A model generated the notes under the pieces. It made no database searches. It was not told where the DNA came from and worked only from the letters and a program-made list of their open reading frames with translations. A stretch of DNA of 64,000 nucleotides from Guillardia theta CCMP2712 (Eukaryota > Protista > Cryptophyta), in the NCBI RefSeq assembly GCF_000315625.1, contig NW_005434665.1, positions 136,969 through 200,968 on the forward strand, read 5' to 3'. Position 1 is the stretch's first letter. Each line of letters opens with the position of its first letter. The translations under genes and the position numbers were made by a program. Shown in pieces: positions 35,500 to 53,559 of this stretch.

Positions 35500-36890
35500 G
35501 AGAGACATTCGATGTCATTCAGGCATCTCCTCAGTATTTTCCTTTCTGGCAGTGCAGCTTGTACGGTAACTACTGAGAGGCAGCAGACAAATGAAATCAC
35601 AGATACAGCCTGCGGTTTTACGCGAACAGTCTCTAAGGCATAGAAAACTCCCACATACCACCCAAGAAAGTGTCAGAGTCCATCATCTGAGGTGATGTCA
35701 GTCAAGTTAGCTTGCAACGAGCACCACTAACCTCCAACTTGTTCAGCTCCCGTCTGATGTACGCCACCATCATTCCGACATGATGAGCGTCCCCATCGAA
35801 AGAGAATCTGCCCAGCAGGAGGCACAGCATGTCAGCCTCCCTCCCACCGCACAGGACAAGGCACGGACATGTTTCGGTACAACGCCATCGCCAGCAGAGC
35901 GTCTGAAGTCCCCAGAGAGAAGTCGAAGGCAACAGCGCTACCATAGAACACGTTCTGCAAGTTTACCGTCTCAGACGAGCTCATGGCGGCAGACAGGATG
36001 CCTAGACCTGCAAGTCCCTCGTCCTGGCGTTCAACGACAAGACGCCGACGCCCAAGTTCTTGAGGTGCTTCTGCGCGTCAAACCAAAGGTTGTCGAACAC
36101 TTCCTGCGAGAGCTGCGGCGAGATGAGCATGAGAGCGCGAGCATGAATGATGTCTACCTGCTTGCCAACAGACTCCTTCCGAAGCCGAACAAAGATCATC
36201 CACATATGGATAGAAATAATGCAAAACCTGTGATCAGTCGTCATGCTGGTTTTATATACTTTCTTTGGCACTTACTGCTTGTTGAAATCGTTGGGCATGC
36301 CAAAGTGCTTGAGGAAATTGGGGTTGTCAGCATGCTGACTGTGCCATGAAGAGGCGTCAAGAGTTGGACTGGAGTACATACATCGTATACCGTGCATTCA
36401 GATATAAGTTCAAGGCCGATCGAGTAATTTTCGATTCCTTCGAATAGAATCCAACCAGTCTCAGCGCTGTTTCGAAGATGCTTGAGGTTGGTTTGAAGTC
36501 TACTATGATCTTGCTCTTTACCGCGGACGGGATAGCCATACTCTGCACAAAGACAGAAGGCATCAACAAGACAAGTCTGACAACATTGAACTACCTTCTC
36601 CCCTGCTCCAGGTGCAGCAGATTTGGTTGCCGAGGATTGTGAGAAAACCTTGACGCCTTGGCGCCGCCATCCCTCAGTCACGCGGTTCACAGCATGAGCT
36701 CTCATTTCGCTATGTCCTGCTGCCCTCCTGGTCACCATCGAGCCTGTGGTGCTGGCTGAACGCGCGGCCATACTCTCCGCATGTCGCGCCAGTCGAGGCA
36801 GCATGTCGTCTAAAGCCCCGGTCAGGTGATGCACGGGCCCTCATCCCCGCGCAAGCTCGTCCGCCAAGACGATCTGCAAGATGATCTGGC
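35500..36890 (-). CDS. Hypothetical multi-exon protein
   Basis: Minus-strand exon chain (e.g. VDIIHARALMLISPQLSQEVFDNLWF; GRFSFDGDAHHVGMMVAYIRRELNKLE). No confident domain; boundaries approximate. Confidence 0.35.
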
Positions 36891-36949
36891 AGGAGAATGC
36901 AGGGGATGTGGAGAGAGGCGGGGGAGGAGGAGGGAGACAAGGAGGGACA

Positions 36950-37195
36950 GAGAGGAGGAAATGGAGAGAGGAGGAGGAGGAGGAGGAGGAGAGAGGAGGA
37001 GGAGGAGGAGGAGGAGAGAGGAGGAGGAGGAGGTGGAGGAGGAAATGGAGAGAGGAGGAGGTGGAGGAGGAGGAGAGAGGAGGTGGAGGAGGTGGAGGAG
37101 GAAATGGAGAGAGGAGGAGGTGGAGGAGGAGGAGAGAGGAGGAGGAGAGAGGAGGAGGTGGTGGTGGTGGAGGTGGTGGAGGAGGAGGAGAGGAG
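36950..37195. repeat. Purine-rich (GGA/GAG)n low-complexity repeat
   Basis: Degenerate gaggag/ggagag/ggtgga array. Confidence 0.9.
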
Positions 37196-37425
37196 GGATG
37201 AACAAACGACTTTCAGCTGAAGTATGTAGTAGTGCGTAGGCAGTACGCAAAGACATGAATCGGAGGAGAAGAAATGGGAGGTGGAAGAGAGGAGAGGAGA
37301 GAACGTGCAAAAGAGAGGGAGGAGCTCTTTGCTGGATTGTTTCCAACTCTTAAATCTGTTGTAGGATTGTTCGTACCACCCTTGTATTGCTTCTTGTCCT
37401 CCTGCTCTGCTGCTTGCGTTGTTCG

Positions 37426-39027
37426 ATGGCAATGGAATCTCTCAAGTTCGACAGTGCGGCATACGTTGAGCTCTTGAGGAAGCTGATCGGCGAGAACAGG
37501 TGAGGCAGGTTCGAGTATTTATTTCGCGTGCTCATCCACTTTCTCCCAGAAATCTGCAGAACAATCCCCCCTTGAATGTCCCACAGGAGGATCTCGCGTC
37601 CCAGCACGTTCTCAAGGTGCTGGAGCCATACACCGTAGAGAAGGGAGGCCCCTTGTCAGTGCGACGTGAGACGTTCGTTGAGGGCAGAGGCAACGTCATC
37701 ATCGAGTACAAGTGCGAGAAGAAAGATGCTCCTTACGTTTCTTTCGTCGGGTCGCACCTCGACGTCGTTCCAGCCAACCCCGACGAATGGGACTTCAATC
37801 CGTATGAGCTCATGGTGGACGGCGACAAGCTCTGCGGGCGAGGAGTCACTGACTGCTTGGGCCACGTCGCACTCGTCACAGAGTTGTTCAAGCAGATTGG
37901 CATCAACAAGCCCAAGCTGAATGTCAACGTCGCAGCCGTGATGATAGCCAACGAAGAGAACTCGAAGATCGAGGGAGTCGGCATCGACGAGCTGGTCAAG
38001 AGAGGCATGGTCGCGCACCTCAAGTCAGGCCCTGTCTTCTGGGTTGATTCTGCAGACAAGCATCCTTGTCTCGGAACTGCTGGGATGGTTCCCTGGCAGC
38101 TGAAGGCCAAGGGCAAGCTGTTCCATTCCGGTCTTCCCCATCAGGCCATCAATCCCATGGAGATGGCGATGGAGGCAGTCAAGTACATGCAGGAGCGCTT
38201 CTACCAGGACTTCCCCCCGCACCCCGAGGAGGAGCGCTACAAGTTCATCACCTGCTCTTCGATGAAGCCAACCCAATGGTCTTACCCGGGAGGGGGAGTG
38301 AACCAGATCCCGGCTGAGTGCACCATTTGTGGCGACATGCGTCTTACTCCCTTCTACACGTGAGCGCGAGTGGTTGTTGACCGAGTCAAGGAATGATGCT
38401 GTCGCAGGGCACAGCAGGCCAAAAAGTCTTTGCAGTCATACGTGGAAGAGCTCAATAAGGACATCAGCAAGTTGCCTACTCGCGGGCCCTCTTCCAAGTA
38501 CACAATCACCAGCCATGTGCTTCGTGCCTGATTCCTTGCTGCTGTCAGGTATACCCTGCCCGACCAGGGTTTGACCGGAACGTTGGAGCTCACTATCATG
38601 GGAGAGGCCATGTCCGGGATCGCGTGTAACCTTGAATCTCCAGGTCCGTTGTATGCCAGGGGTAACCAGGAACTTACAGCTGGCAGGAAACAAGGTTCTG
38701 TTCGATGCTACTCAGGAAGTTCTGGGCGAGTGCAAGCCTTACTCCCTTACGGGCTCTCTCCCACTGGTGAAAGAGCTGCAAGATGAAGGGTTTGACATTC
38801 AGATCATCGGATACGGCCTCATGAAGACCTACCATGTAGAGAGACTCGTTGACTTGAGAGTCGCTCACAGCTCTCGCAGGCCAAGAACGAGTATGGCTTG
38901 CTCTCGGACTTCGGTCAAGGGTTCCAGATCATGGTGAGCTTGTTTCCAGTGTTCATACTTGTTACATTCAAACTAATATACATGCTCGCAGTGCAAGATC
39001 ATCCAGAAACTCAGTGACAAGAACTGA
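37426..39027 (+). CDS. argE: Acetylornithine deacetylase (M20A peptidase, plant/protist type), multi-exon
   Basis: GSHLDVVPA, LCGRGVTDCLGHVAL, IANEENS, WVDSAD, GKLFHSGLPHQAIN, LTGSLPLV and GYGLMKTYH. Confidence 0.9.
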
Positions 39028-39102
39028 TGTGACACGGCCTTGGTAACCGTTGCGAGAGACAGAGAGGGAGAGAGAATGTGCAGCAGCAGCACACGAATGA
39101 AC

Positions 39103-42100
39103 TCATGTGCCCTTCTCTGTTAATCGCGCAGCATCCAAGCTGGCCCAATCGTCACTCCTCTCCCTCTTCCTCCTCTGGATCTCTTCGCTCGAGGCGTGCA
39201 GCTCCAGCTGCGACTCAAGCTGAATCCCCAGGGAGAGCTCAGTTGCTTCCGAGCTCAACGATTTCCTGCGCTGCTCGAGCTCTAACTCCCCCACCTGCGG
39301 CTCTCCTCCTTCGTTGATCGTGAGGTCCACTATCAAGGGCTGCAGCTGGGGTGATGAGTCAGGGACGGGTGCCTCAGAGTTGGTTCGTCTCTTGGCTGCT
39401 GGTCGCTCAGCATGAGTCGCCTCGGCCCACTGACCCTCTGCAGCGATGTCGCTCCTAGAAGGTTCACCATCCTCGATGTGGAGCTCCGACAGGAGACTCT
39501 CCGAGTTGTGGAGCGAGTTGCAATGCTTGCTGCCCGCCGGGACCTTGCCTGCCGCCTCCTCCTGCGTCAGCATCGAGAGGCTTCCTATGGAGTTGATCGC
39601 CAGACCCTCGACTGAGCAGAAATTGTCGAACTCTAAGGTAAGATTGTCCTTCTTGCAGTCTGTGTTGGCCTTCAGCTTGTTTCTTGTCTTGGCTGTTCCC
39701 TTCTTCTCTCTCCTCGTGTCCTGCCCGAACAAGGTGACGTCGCTCCCCATTTGTAAGTCTCTCAGCGACAAGTCTCTCACTCCCTCTCCCTCATCGTCCC
39801 TGAAGGGTTCAACCCTCGCTTCCTGCTGCGTGAGGCTGTTGGAGGGAGGAGAAACCTCAGGGCAAGTCTGCAGTCCTCCTGCCTTCTCCGCATGGACTCG
39901 CTTCCTATCCCTCTTCTCATGATCTAGCTTCGTCTTCGCCAACCACATCTCTCCCATGTTGCTCTCCACGTCCTCCTCCGAGAACGGGTCAACCCCCTCG
40001 TGAACATAAGCTTCAGCTGTGGTAGGGAGAGGACGGCTGATGGACTTGAGATTCTTGGAGGGAGTTGGAGTCAAACTGCCTGCGCTGCCATCATCGCTCG
40101 CCACGGAGGCTTCTCGTTTCCTCTTCACTCTCGTCGCCGTCTGAGCAGCCGCCTGATTCCTGCTCTCCCTCCTTGAGTTGTGATAGAATTGCAGCCTGCC
40201 AAACGCGTCCACGAGCTCCACCACGTCCATGAAGTCCTTGCTCAGCCACGCGTGCTTCAAGCACTGGTCCACCGTCAGCCTCTCGGCCACGTCCACCTTC
40301 AGGCAAGCAGACACAAAGTCCTTCGCCTCCTCGGAGACGGCGGACCAGCTTCCTCCCCTCATCGGCAGCACTTCTCCGTTCCGAACTCGCTCCTAAGGTT
40401 CCGTCACTCCAGCACAGCAGCAACTGCTTCACCTGAATCACTTCGTCCGCATCGTCTCCCATGTCGAACGGGTGGTAGCCGCACAGGAGCACGTAAATCA
40501 TCGCCCCGAAGCTCCACACGTCAGCAGCGAAGCTATGTCCCTGCTCGCTGAACACTTCAGGAGCACTGTATCCCAGCGTTCCGATCTGCTGCGTATGCGT
40601 CTTGAGGGCATCTGTCGTGTTGCGAGCAGCTTCGCTCTCCTCGACTCGATCGCAAGGAGCGTTCAGTCGCTTCCCTACGCCGAAATCCGCCAGCAGCGGC
40701 TTCCTGGAGTCTTCACTGCAGGCAAACAGCACGTCAGATTGCCCAGCTTGCCCTCCAGCAGCTTCTCACCTCGAGTACAAGACGTTCTCAGGCTTCAGGT
40801 CACGGTGTACCACTCCCTTGGAGTGCATGTGCTGCAGCGCCTCTAACAGATGCTTCGCTATCTCCGCCGCCACCTGCCATGCCCGTCAGCAAGACAAGTT
40901 CCCCTTGCGGAACACGTCACCGGTTCTGTCAACGGACCATTCTTGACGATTCGCTCCAGGAGGTCACCGCCGGACGCGTACTGCATGACAAGGCAGGTGA
41001 CGCCTTCGTTGACACACTCAAAACAGTCCAGAAGCTTGCAGATACACTCGTGATCCAACTCCCGCAGCAGCGAGGCCTAGATGAACACGTCAGCCAGAAA
41101 GAGAAGACAAGACTGTGATGACAACGAAATATCCGCACGCATCCCATCATATGCCTCCGAAAGAACAACCATCATAGACACAAGATACCTCTCCCAGGGC
41201 GTATCTGTCGCTCTCGAGGACCTGGACGTTCTTGTCACACTCACTCACTCATCAAACTTGAGACCTTGACGGCCACCAGCTGCCCGTCGGATCTTCTCCT
41301 CGCTTTGTAAACCTCTCCATACGAGCCAGCACCGCAGCTTTCAATGCATTCATACCTTAGAGTGAAAACACACAGTGTAAGTAAAGAAAAGCGGCAACTT
41401 AGCAATCAATCCTCACTCGACATCGGCTCGGGCCGGCCATGGCATGACAACCCCACCTTCGACTGGCTTCACCTTGCTGAAGAACGCGCAGGGTCAAGTG
41501 GTGCAAACATCAGACGGTGCATACCATATCTCAGCCGCTCGATCTTTCGACGGAAGAGAGGATTGAATCTTTGAGAAGACTTGTGGCGAACTAGAAGAAC
41601 ATCTCACATCAATGAAAGAGTAGAAGCTGTGACAACAACACTCACGTTGATCGGCAAGGCTCATGCTCGACGTCTGGGGAAGGGGATCTATCCTTGTCAC
41701 TGAGATCATTCTTCGCTCCTCCCTCTTTCCCGTTGTCGCTCTCACTCGTCTTGTGAGATTTCGTCTCAGCAGAGCTCTCTTCTTCTGCTTCCTTCTTGCC
41801 AATGTTTTCATCGTCCGAGAGTTTCAAACTTGACTCCCTATCTAACTTCGACAGAATCGATTCATAACTTGCATCTGACTCGAAAGAATCGAGTCGTTGA
41901 GAAATCTTCCGAATCAATGCATTCTCGAGAATCTTGCTGGTCTCATCCAGCGAGTTGGGTTTTAAAAGAGATTCTTCACGTATATCAAACAATGTGTTGC
42001 CTTCGCACTTGACTTCACTCGGAGATTCATAACGCTTCTTCGGCGCAGTGTCCTGTTTTGCGCAGCCTGCCGAGACTTTTCGTATCTTCAAGGATGCTAT

Positions 42101-42256
42101 TTCACATGCTTCTTGATAAATTATGCTATCTGCATCCTCACTCGAGCCAGAGATCTGATCACCCGCTTGCAGGGCTGGCGATCGTCGCTCTTTAGCTCCG
42201 CTCGCAATGTCCTGGACCTGAAATTCTCCTTCGTTTGTAGGCGGCGAGTTGGGCAT
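39103..42256 (-). CDS. Ser/Thr protein kinase, CAMK group, with long disordered N- and C-terminal extensions; multi-exon
   Basis: [62 protein letters not shown] and [21 protein letters not shown]. The 5' end is uncertain. Confidence 0.85.
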
Positions 42257-42818
42257 AGCAAGTTGATCAACAAGACGAAAGTTGGATGGAAAGTGTTTTG
42301 CTAACTTTTCATAGACAGCTCCTCCCTCGTGAATGAACTAGATGTCACCCCATTGCCCACAAAGTCCTCGTGAAGTAACTCCTTGTTTACCTCTTTTCAC
42401 GATTCAACATTTCATCTTTCCGTCGGCCGCTTTTGGAGATTGACTTGGCCTGCTGAACTTGTCCTTGTCTGGTCGTCCTTCCCTCTTCCTCTTTCCTTCC
42501 CTTCTCTCCGTCTCTTGCCCCCTGGTCTGCTCCTCTCTCCCCTCTGCTCGCCTTCTCTCGTTGTCTTCTCCTCGTCTGCTCTTCCTACCTCTCTTCTCTT
42601 CTTCCCTGGTCTTCTTCTTCTCTTGTCTTCTTCTCTTCTCTTCTCTTCTCTTCTCTTCTCCTCTTTGCTGTCAAGCAATACAGCTGCTCGACATGATGCT
42701 CGGCAGAAAAGGCAAAAAGTATCCGTGAGTATCCGTGAAAGTATCCGTGAGGCAATCTTCATAGGGGACGAGGCGGGTTTGGTTTTGGTCGCACAATGCA
42801 GTGACGTAGGCTTGCGGG

Positions 42819-44868
42819 ATGTCGCTGGCGCTGACATGGTCGATGAGCTTGGGGCTCACCTGCAGCTTCATGCTCGTCGTGTATCACTCGCACTTCCTGC
42901 TGCACCTCGGACCTGGCATGACCCTCCTGCTCATGCTCTGCTTCCTCGCCTCAGTAACCCTCTTGCTCTTGTTGAACCTGTGGTTCATGGCTGGACAGCC
43001 TTACGTGCTCGAGTTCATCGCGTACTTCGAACCAAGTTCGCGGGCGATGGAATGGCTGCATGAGAAGCTGTTCGGGATATCAAAGACAAGGTTGGCCAAC
43101 GCATACCGGGTCTCATCCCACAAGGGATCTCGCGACGCAGACAGCAAGAAGTACGTGCAGCTTGTGGTTCCAAGGAGGACTTGTCCCTATCCTCTATCCC
43201 TCGGTGGCCTCGTTCACTTCTTGTTCTTCAATGCAGAAGATCCCTTTGATCCCGAACAAGCCATCGTGCAAATCATGCGGTCTATCATGTTTCTCTCTCT
43301 GATCGTCTTGGTGGTTCAAACCTCAGTAGTTGGTCGTATCTTTCACTCGAAAGCTATATACGAGAACGCCATTGCGTATCAGAATCATGGTGACATAGAT
43401 CAGGCTATCCAACAGTACATCACTCTGATCAAGCAAGACCCTTCTTTCAACCCTCATGTGCTCGCAGTACATCAGTCCTACCTATTCCTCCAACACCGAT
43501 GGGCTGCGGCTGCATACCTCGTAGCAGCAACCTTTCACGTCAATGGCGATCTACGAAATGCGGCGAAGTACTACAAGCAGGTGGTTCCAGACTTCATGTG
43601 AACGAAGGTCTCTTGACGTCTAGCAAGGTACTGGACGATGCTCCCGATTTTGTTCTTGCATCGCATATGCTTCAGTCCGTTCAACGATGGCAAATCGACC
43701 ATGATGCTCAACACTCGCACCGTCCTCAACAAGAAGACATTAGTAGCAGTCGAGCACAGTCAGTCAGCGATGAAGTGGAGCCTTCCAAAGAGTAACCGCT
43801 CATGTCATCTCCTGTTTACTCTAACATGAGACAGGTATGTGAAGACTGCATTCAACGCATACGCAAAGTTCTATGAGCCATCCATGAAACTCCTTGCTTA
43901 TCGTGCACATGTCATGTTAGTATCTGCGTTGGTTGCAGTACATGAAAGTCGGAAGGAGCATGTAAGCGCTTCCCCACGATTGACGATGAAGAAAATCATG
44001 AACATTTGGACAGGACTCTAACTTTCTGCCAACCGCAATCAATGCCCTGGATCTGGGGTGTGGAACAGGATTGTTAGCTGATGCTCTAGAGAAGACAGAG
44101 CTTCAATTCCAAAATCTAACTTGCATCGATATCTCGCAAGAAATGCTGAAGAGAGCTCGGTAAACGATCCCTCCGACAGATTCGATATTCGTTAATCCCT
44201 TCGCAGATCAAAACCGACTTACACTCAGTTCATAGAAGGAGATATCGCCTCATCCTTGAGAAGCTTGCAGCAACAGACCTACGATCTTGTTGTTGCAGCA
44301 GACGTCTTGCCGTACCTCGCAAGGCTTGATGTCCTCCTCCACTGCTACATTGACCCTCCTTCCTGACTGAACCTCACAGGACATCATGGAGCGTGCGCAC
44401 AAGGCCCTTGTGCCGGGAGGAATCTTCACTTTCACCGTAGAGGCTCTGGAAGCGCATCTTCCTCTCCCGTACGCGAGCTCTCGCTCCGACGACCACGTTG
44501 AGATCGATGCTGGCGATCCCCTTGACCAGGAGATCCACACGAAGGGGTGAGAAGACGAGGAGGGCAGTAGCGACTCCGCTGACGCTCTTTGCCAGCTGGG
44601 CGATCCTGTCCAACGGTAGGGTCGCGCATGAAAGAGCTTACGTGGACAGGTTGTGCCCTGAGACTCAGGTTGCAAGGTGACTCTTCTTGCTCGCGGCAGG
44701 TTGGCTAGGAAGTTCAAGTTCCTCGTTGAGGCTGTGGGAGATGGCCCCATTCGGTGGCAGGTAAGAGGAGAGAACGGACAAGAGTCTGCTCGACCTCAGC
44801 TGAGTCTTTGTTGCTGTCAGCGAGGAAATCAGGTAGAAGGGCATGTGTTTGTCCTCAAGAAAGTCTAG
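42819..44868 (+). CDS. Membrane-anchored TPR-containing SAM-dependent methyltransferase (COG4976-like), multi-exon
   Basis: TM segments, TPR-like helices, EYVKTAFNAYAKFYE, ALDLGCGTGL, CIDISQEML, YDLVVAADVLPYL, GGIFTFTVE and GRVAHERAYV. Confidence 0.8.
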
Positions 44869-45523
44869 ATCGACGACCCTGGCCACTTGTTTGTGTAACT
44901 TTTAGCATCAGTTCACGGTTGTAAATACAGATCTCTGCTAATCACCGCAATGTCCGAGTCTCGAAAACACTCAGACAATTTCCACTGGGTGACGTTCCCC
45001 GGGGGGTGGGGGGGGGGGATATCGCCGCGGGGGGCCGCCGGCGGCCGCGTCACGAGTCTGCCAGGCGGCTCCGCACGCTCAATGCTGCCCTAGGGCTCAG
45101 ACTGATACCGTCTGAAACCGTTGACTCGAACAGTTAACTTCCCCGCCGCCACACTGCAGAGGAGGCTACTAGTGTCCGGGCCGGAGTCCGGGGCCCGGCC
45201 CGGGTCGCCGAGTCGGAGCCAGGCTGCCAGTGCCCCGGCCAGTGACCCGGGCGGGAGCCTTGGGCCGGCCCGGGGCCCGGCCGCGCTCCGAGTCAGGCTC
45301 ACTGAACGCCGACATTATACCCGTAACCGTTTCAACGACCAGTTTCCAACGGCCCAATGGCACGGTATTTCCGTAGCCATGATGGGATAAGGGGAGAAGA
45401 GATGGGATGTGAAGGAAGCATGATGAAACAGAAGAGAAGGAAGACAAACTCTTCTTGCTTCACATGATTTACATGAGATGAGATGAGAAGCAGATAAACT
45501 CAGTAAGTGACACCATCTCCAAC

Positions 45524-47995
45524 ATGATGTCAAGATCGTTCACCCTCCGTTCGTCCTTGACAAGCAGCTCCATGCGAGCGTCGAGGATGAACGTCAGGAA
45601 TCGTGTTGATGCTGCTCTGCATGACGAGCTCAAGAATGTCTCTGCTTCTCTGCCAGAGGCACCAACAAGCAAAGAGCTCCTGGAAAGCTTCTTGGACCTC
45701 CCGCTCCTTGAAACCATGAACAGGATCCAGGCGCAGGTCGGAACTCTGCAGAAGCAGATGGATCGTGTGGAGTCTCACGTATCAGCTGCCATGAAGCCAG
45801 TCATGCAAGAGAGCGCAGATGATGCAGGGGAGGAGTCCAGGGCAGAGCCGTCCAGCGAGCAGGAGACTTTCCTCACTGCGGTCAACGTGCAGGGGAAGGA
45901 GAGTGAGAGGAAAGCACAACCAGCAGCGATCAACGTGAAACAGGAGGACGTGGAGGTGAAGAACGTTCATCTACTCGAGTACCCTGGGTTTCGGGCAAGA
46001 GCAGTGGAGCTGCCGGGGAAGCTTTCAGCCAACGATCTCATCAAGAGGTTGTCGGATTCTTGTAAGTTTGCGAAGGTCAGCGATCAGAACATCTGGGAGG
46101 AAGTTTTGGCGAGTGTTGAAGCTCAGGACTCTGTGAAGGACCTGTTCTGGTGGTTTGTGGGAGACAAGTATCACCGTGGTCGTCAAGAGGAGCAGGACAA
46201 GATGTTTGCAAGGATGGCGAGGAACTTTGTAAGGATCTTCACGAAAGTACCGAGTTCGAGCAAGGACGTCTTCTTCGATAAATTCCACAACGTCATCTCC
46301 AAGAGCGTCTTCGTGGCATTCAAGGTGGCGTTCCCCCTCTCCGAGCAAGAGTTTGACGACAACTTCCTCGGGGAGATCGCACGGCTCTATGCCTACTGGT
46401 AGTTGTGTTGGACATTGAAGCTTGCTGTACGTCTTACCGGCTCCTCTCAGGTCGACCGGGGCTGACATCGGGCCTGCTAGCTACCTCTCCCCGAACGGAG
46501 AGGTCATGAAGACGTCGTCCGGGATGGAGGAGGTGAAGGGAGTCGTGGGAGAGTTGAAGAAGGAGCAGGAGGAGTTGGAGCAGATCACTGCGGAGAAGAA
46601 GAAAGGGAAGCACGGTGAGATGTGACGGGTTGTTGAGTAGAGGTAATCCTTTCCTCTGCCCAGCTCCGCTCTCGAGGAAGATCAGCGGGGAGGGTGGCAG
46701 GAATACTTCGAGGGGGAGGGCAGAGGACAGGCAGCCGGTGAGCGAAGTGCTGCTTTGTCGATCTCCTGCTGACTCGACTTCCCTTCCTCCCCCTCCCTCC
46801 CTCCTCTCCTCTCCTCTCCTCTCCTCTCCTCTCCTCTCCTCTCCCCTCTCCCCTCTCTCCTCTCCTCTCCTCTCCTCTCCCCTCTCCCCTCTCTCCCCTC
46901 CTCTCCCATCCATCCTTTCCCCCCCATCCATCCCTTCCCTCCCTCTTTCTCTCTCAGTCTCCCAGGAAATCTCCCAAGAAAGGAAACTCTGACAGCCCTC
47001 CGTTAAGCTCCCGTCCCACCCAGTCGCTCGCATCAGAGGTGAAATAGAAGTTGCTGGAGCTCTTTGGACCGCGCCTCCTCTCTCCTCCCTCTCTCCCCTC
47101 CCCTCGTCTCCTCCCTCCCTCCCCTCCCTCCCCTCCTCCCCTCCTACCTTTCGCCTCTCTCGTCCTCTTCCGTCCTCTCTCATTCGTCTGACATCCACTG
47201 CAGCAGCAAGAGATCAAGATCTTTGGATCCGCGAAATCGTCAGAGGCGAAGGTACGCTGAGATAAGAGCGGGAGAAGAGGAGGAGGCAGCGATTTGATGC
47301 TGAGGAATAGGAAAAGAAAGAACGAGGAGGGGAGGGAGGAGAGAAGGGGGAGCTAGGGAGGGGGAGCTAGGGAGGGAGAGGGGGCACAGGGAAGACAAAA
47401 GGGAGGGGAGGGGAAGGGAGGAGGCAGGGAAAGGAGGGGAATCATGATGGTGGGGGGGAGGTAGAAGGAGGAGACAGACTAAAGTCGCTCCAGCTGCCGA
47501 GCATCCCTCCCCTGCGTCTGCCCGTGCAGAACGAAGCTGCTCTCAAGACGCCGAGATTCATATCCTCCGCTAGAGAGACGCAGAGGTCTCGAGCTACGAC
47601 TGAGCGGTGAGAAGGGAAGAAGAGGAGAAAGGGGATGTGTATGGAGGAGGAGGAGGAGGAGGAAGGGAGATTGGGGGGAGGAAGGGGGAGGAAGAGGAGG
47701 AAGAAAGGGGCAGAGCGAGTGTTATATTGACGTTGAATTGCTGCAGTGTTCATCACACATCTCAAAGTGCTCGAGGGGTATGTTTTCTCCCTCCTTATGC
47801 AAGTTTTCCTTATCCTCCGCTCCCCCCACAGCAACCGAAGCCTCCCATGAGCGCGCGGCCCTCCAGCATGTCGTCGCGATCGCAGGGAAGGGACTTGAAG
47901 TTTCAGCATCTCACCGCGCAAGCGATGAAGAAGAGAGAGAGCAGCTTTAACCTCAACGAGAACTCTCCCTTCCTCAAGTTTTACTTCCTCACTGA
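45524..47995 (+). CDS. FAM227-like (FWWh domain) protein, multi-exon; 3' end runs toward the assembly gap
   Basis: DLFWWF..EQDKMFARMARNFVRIF..KDVFFDKF..SVFVAFKVAFP..FDDNF..W, plus downstream FNLNENSPFLKFY. Confidence 0.75.
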
Positions 47996-48347
47996 GGTAA
48001 CTCCCCCGCCTCCTTCCCCACCTCCCCCTCTCTCCCCCTCCCCCTCCCCCTCCCCCTCTCCCTCTCCCTTGCCCTCGCCCTTTGTTCTTCTGCTGTCTCT
48101 CCTCTCTCTGCTTCCTCTCCTTCCCGCTCTCACCGCTCCTCCAATCCCTCGTCCTCATCCTATACGTGTTCTGATCCTCCCCCCATGAGCAAATATCCTA
48201 ATCACCTCCTCCTCTCTTACCCCCTTCACCTCCTCTCCTCTCCTCTCCTCTCCTCTCCTCTCCTCTCCTCTCCTCTCCTCTCCTCTCCTCTCCTCTCCTC
48301 TCCTCTTCTCCTCCTGCTTCTTCCTTCTCATCCCCACCTCAGGTCAG

Positions 48348-48447
48348 NNNNNNNNNNNNNNNNNNNNNNNNNNNNNNNNNNNNNNNNNNNNNNNNNNNNN
48401 NNNNNNNNNNNNNNNNNNNNNNNNNNNNNNNNNNNNNNNNNNNNNNN
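48348..48447. other. Assembly gap (N run)
   Basis: Run of N. Confidence 1.
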
Positions 48448-48854
48448 CCAGTCGATCAGGTAAGCAGAAAGAAAGGCAGGAAAAGAGGAAATGACTTGGA
48501 AAAAAGGAAAGTAGAAAAAAGAGGAAAAGTTTGAAGGACAAGAGGAGAATTTTGGAAGGGAAGCAATGAAGAGGGAGGGAGGATAGAAGAAAGCAAAAAT
48601 AGGATAAGGGAGTTGACGAAGGGGGGAAGGGGGGGGGCGCGTGAAGAGAACAAGGCAGGAGCAAAAGGAGAAGGTGGAGGGGGAGTTGGTAGTGGAGGAG
48701 GACCCGAGAGGGGGAGCGGCGAGTAGGAGGAGGTTGTGGTGAAGGACGAGGACGAGGAGGAGGAGGAGGAGGAGGTTACGGTGGATGACGGGGAGGAGGA
48801 GGAGGAGGTTGTGGTGGAGGAGAGGGAGGAGGGGGAGGAGGGGGAGGAGGATAA

Positions 48855-52836
<3,982 letters not shown>

Positions 52837-53559
52837 GGTGATTGCTGATTGACCACCGGTCCTGACTACGGGATTCTCGGGTTCTGATGACGGGTGGTGT
52901 TAAGTGGGGAATCTGGTAAGAATCTTATATGTCCCGGGGGCCGACGGTCACGGTCACTAATAACTCCGCCGTAGTCCGGAGTATACTCATAAGCCCTGAC
53001 TCGCGGCCGGCAAGGACCCGCCGCGCCGGACGGTGACTCAGTGCCACGCCGGTGCTCGGAGTCAGAGCTGATTGGACGTGAAGTCCGATCCGAAGGCTTT
53101 GCAAGTTTCAATCAGTGCACCGTCATCGTGACTGCGCAGTGCCCCGGGCCCGCCGACCCCGCCCCCGGCCCACTCGGCCCGTGATGCGGCGGCGCAAGCC
53201 TTGAAGGCCGGCCGCAGCCGCTCAGACGGTGCCACGGCCCGGTGACTCCCGGGCCAGCCGTTGACCGTACTACGGTACGGTCCGATCGGTCTGCTCCCGG
53301 CCCGGGAGTCCCCGGCGGGAGCCCCGGCGGCTACTATCCGATGATCCGATGATCACCGTCCGAGTCAGAAAAGAGATGGACATAGGAGGGGATGAGGGGC
53401 TCCATTGACAGCATGAGAGGGAAGGAGGGATGCGATGGGGAGCAGTAAGGAGAGGAGGAGCGGAATAAAGAACCGAGGAGAGAGAGATACACGGGATACA
53501 AGGGAGGAAGTGATGTGCTACGAGTGACCCAGCAAGGTGCCCTCAGCATAATCGCAACC

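Noticed and set aside
36002-36271. VDIIHARALM as a methyltransferase motif
   Set aside because: No convincing SAM-binding motif I was found in neighbouring exons, so it is left as hypothetical.
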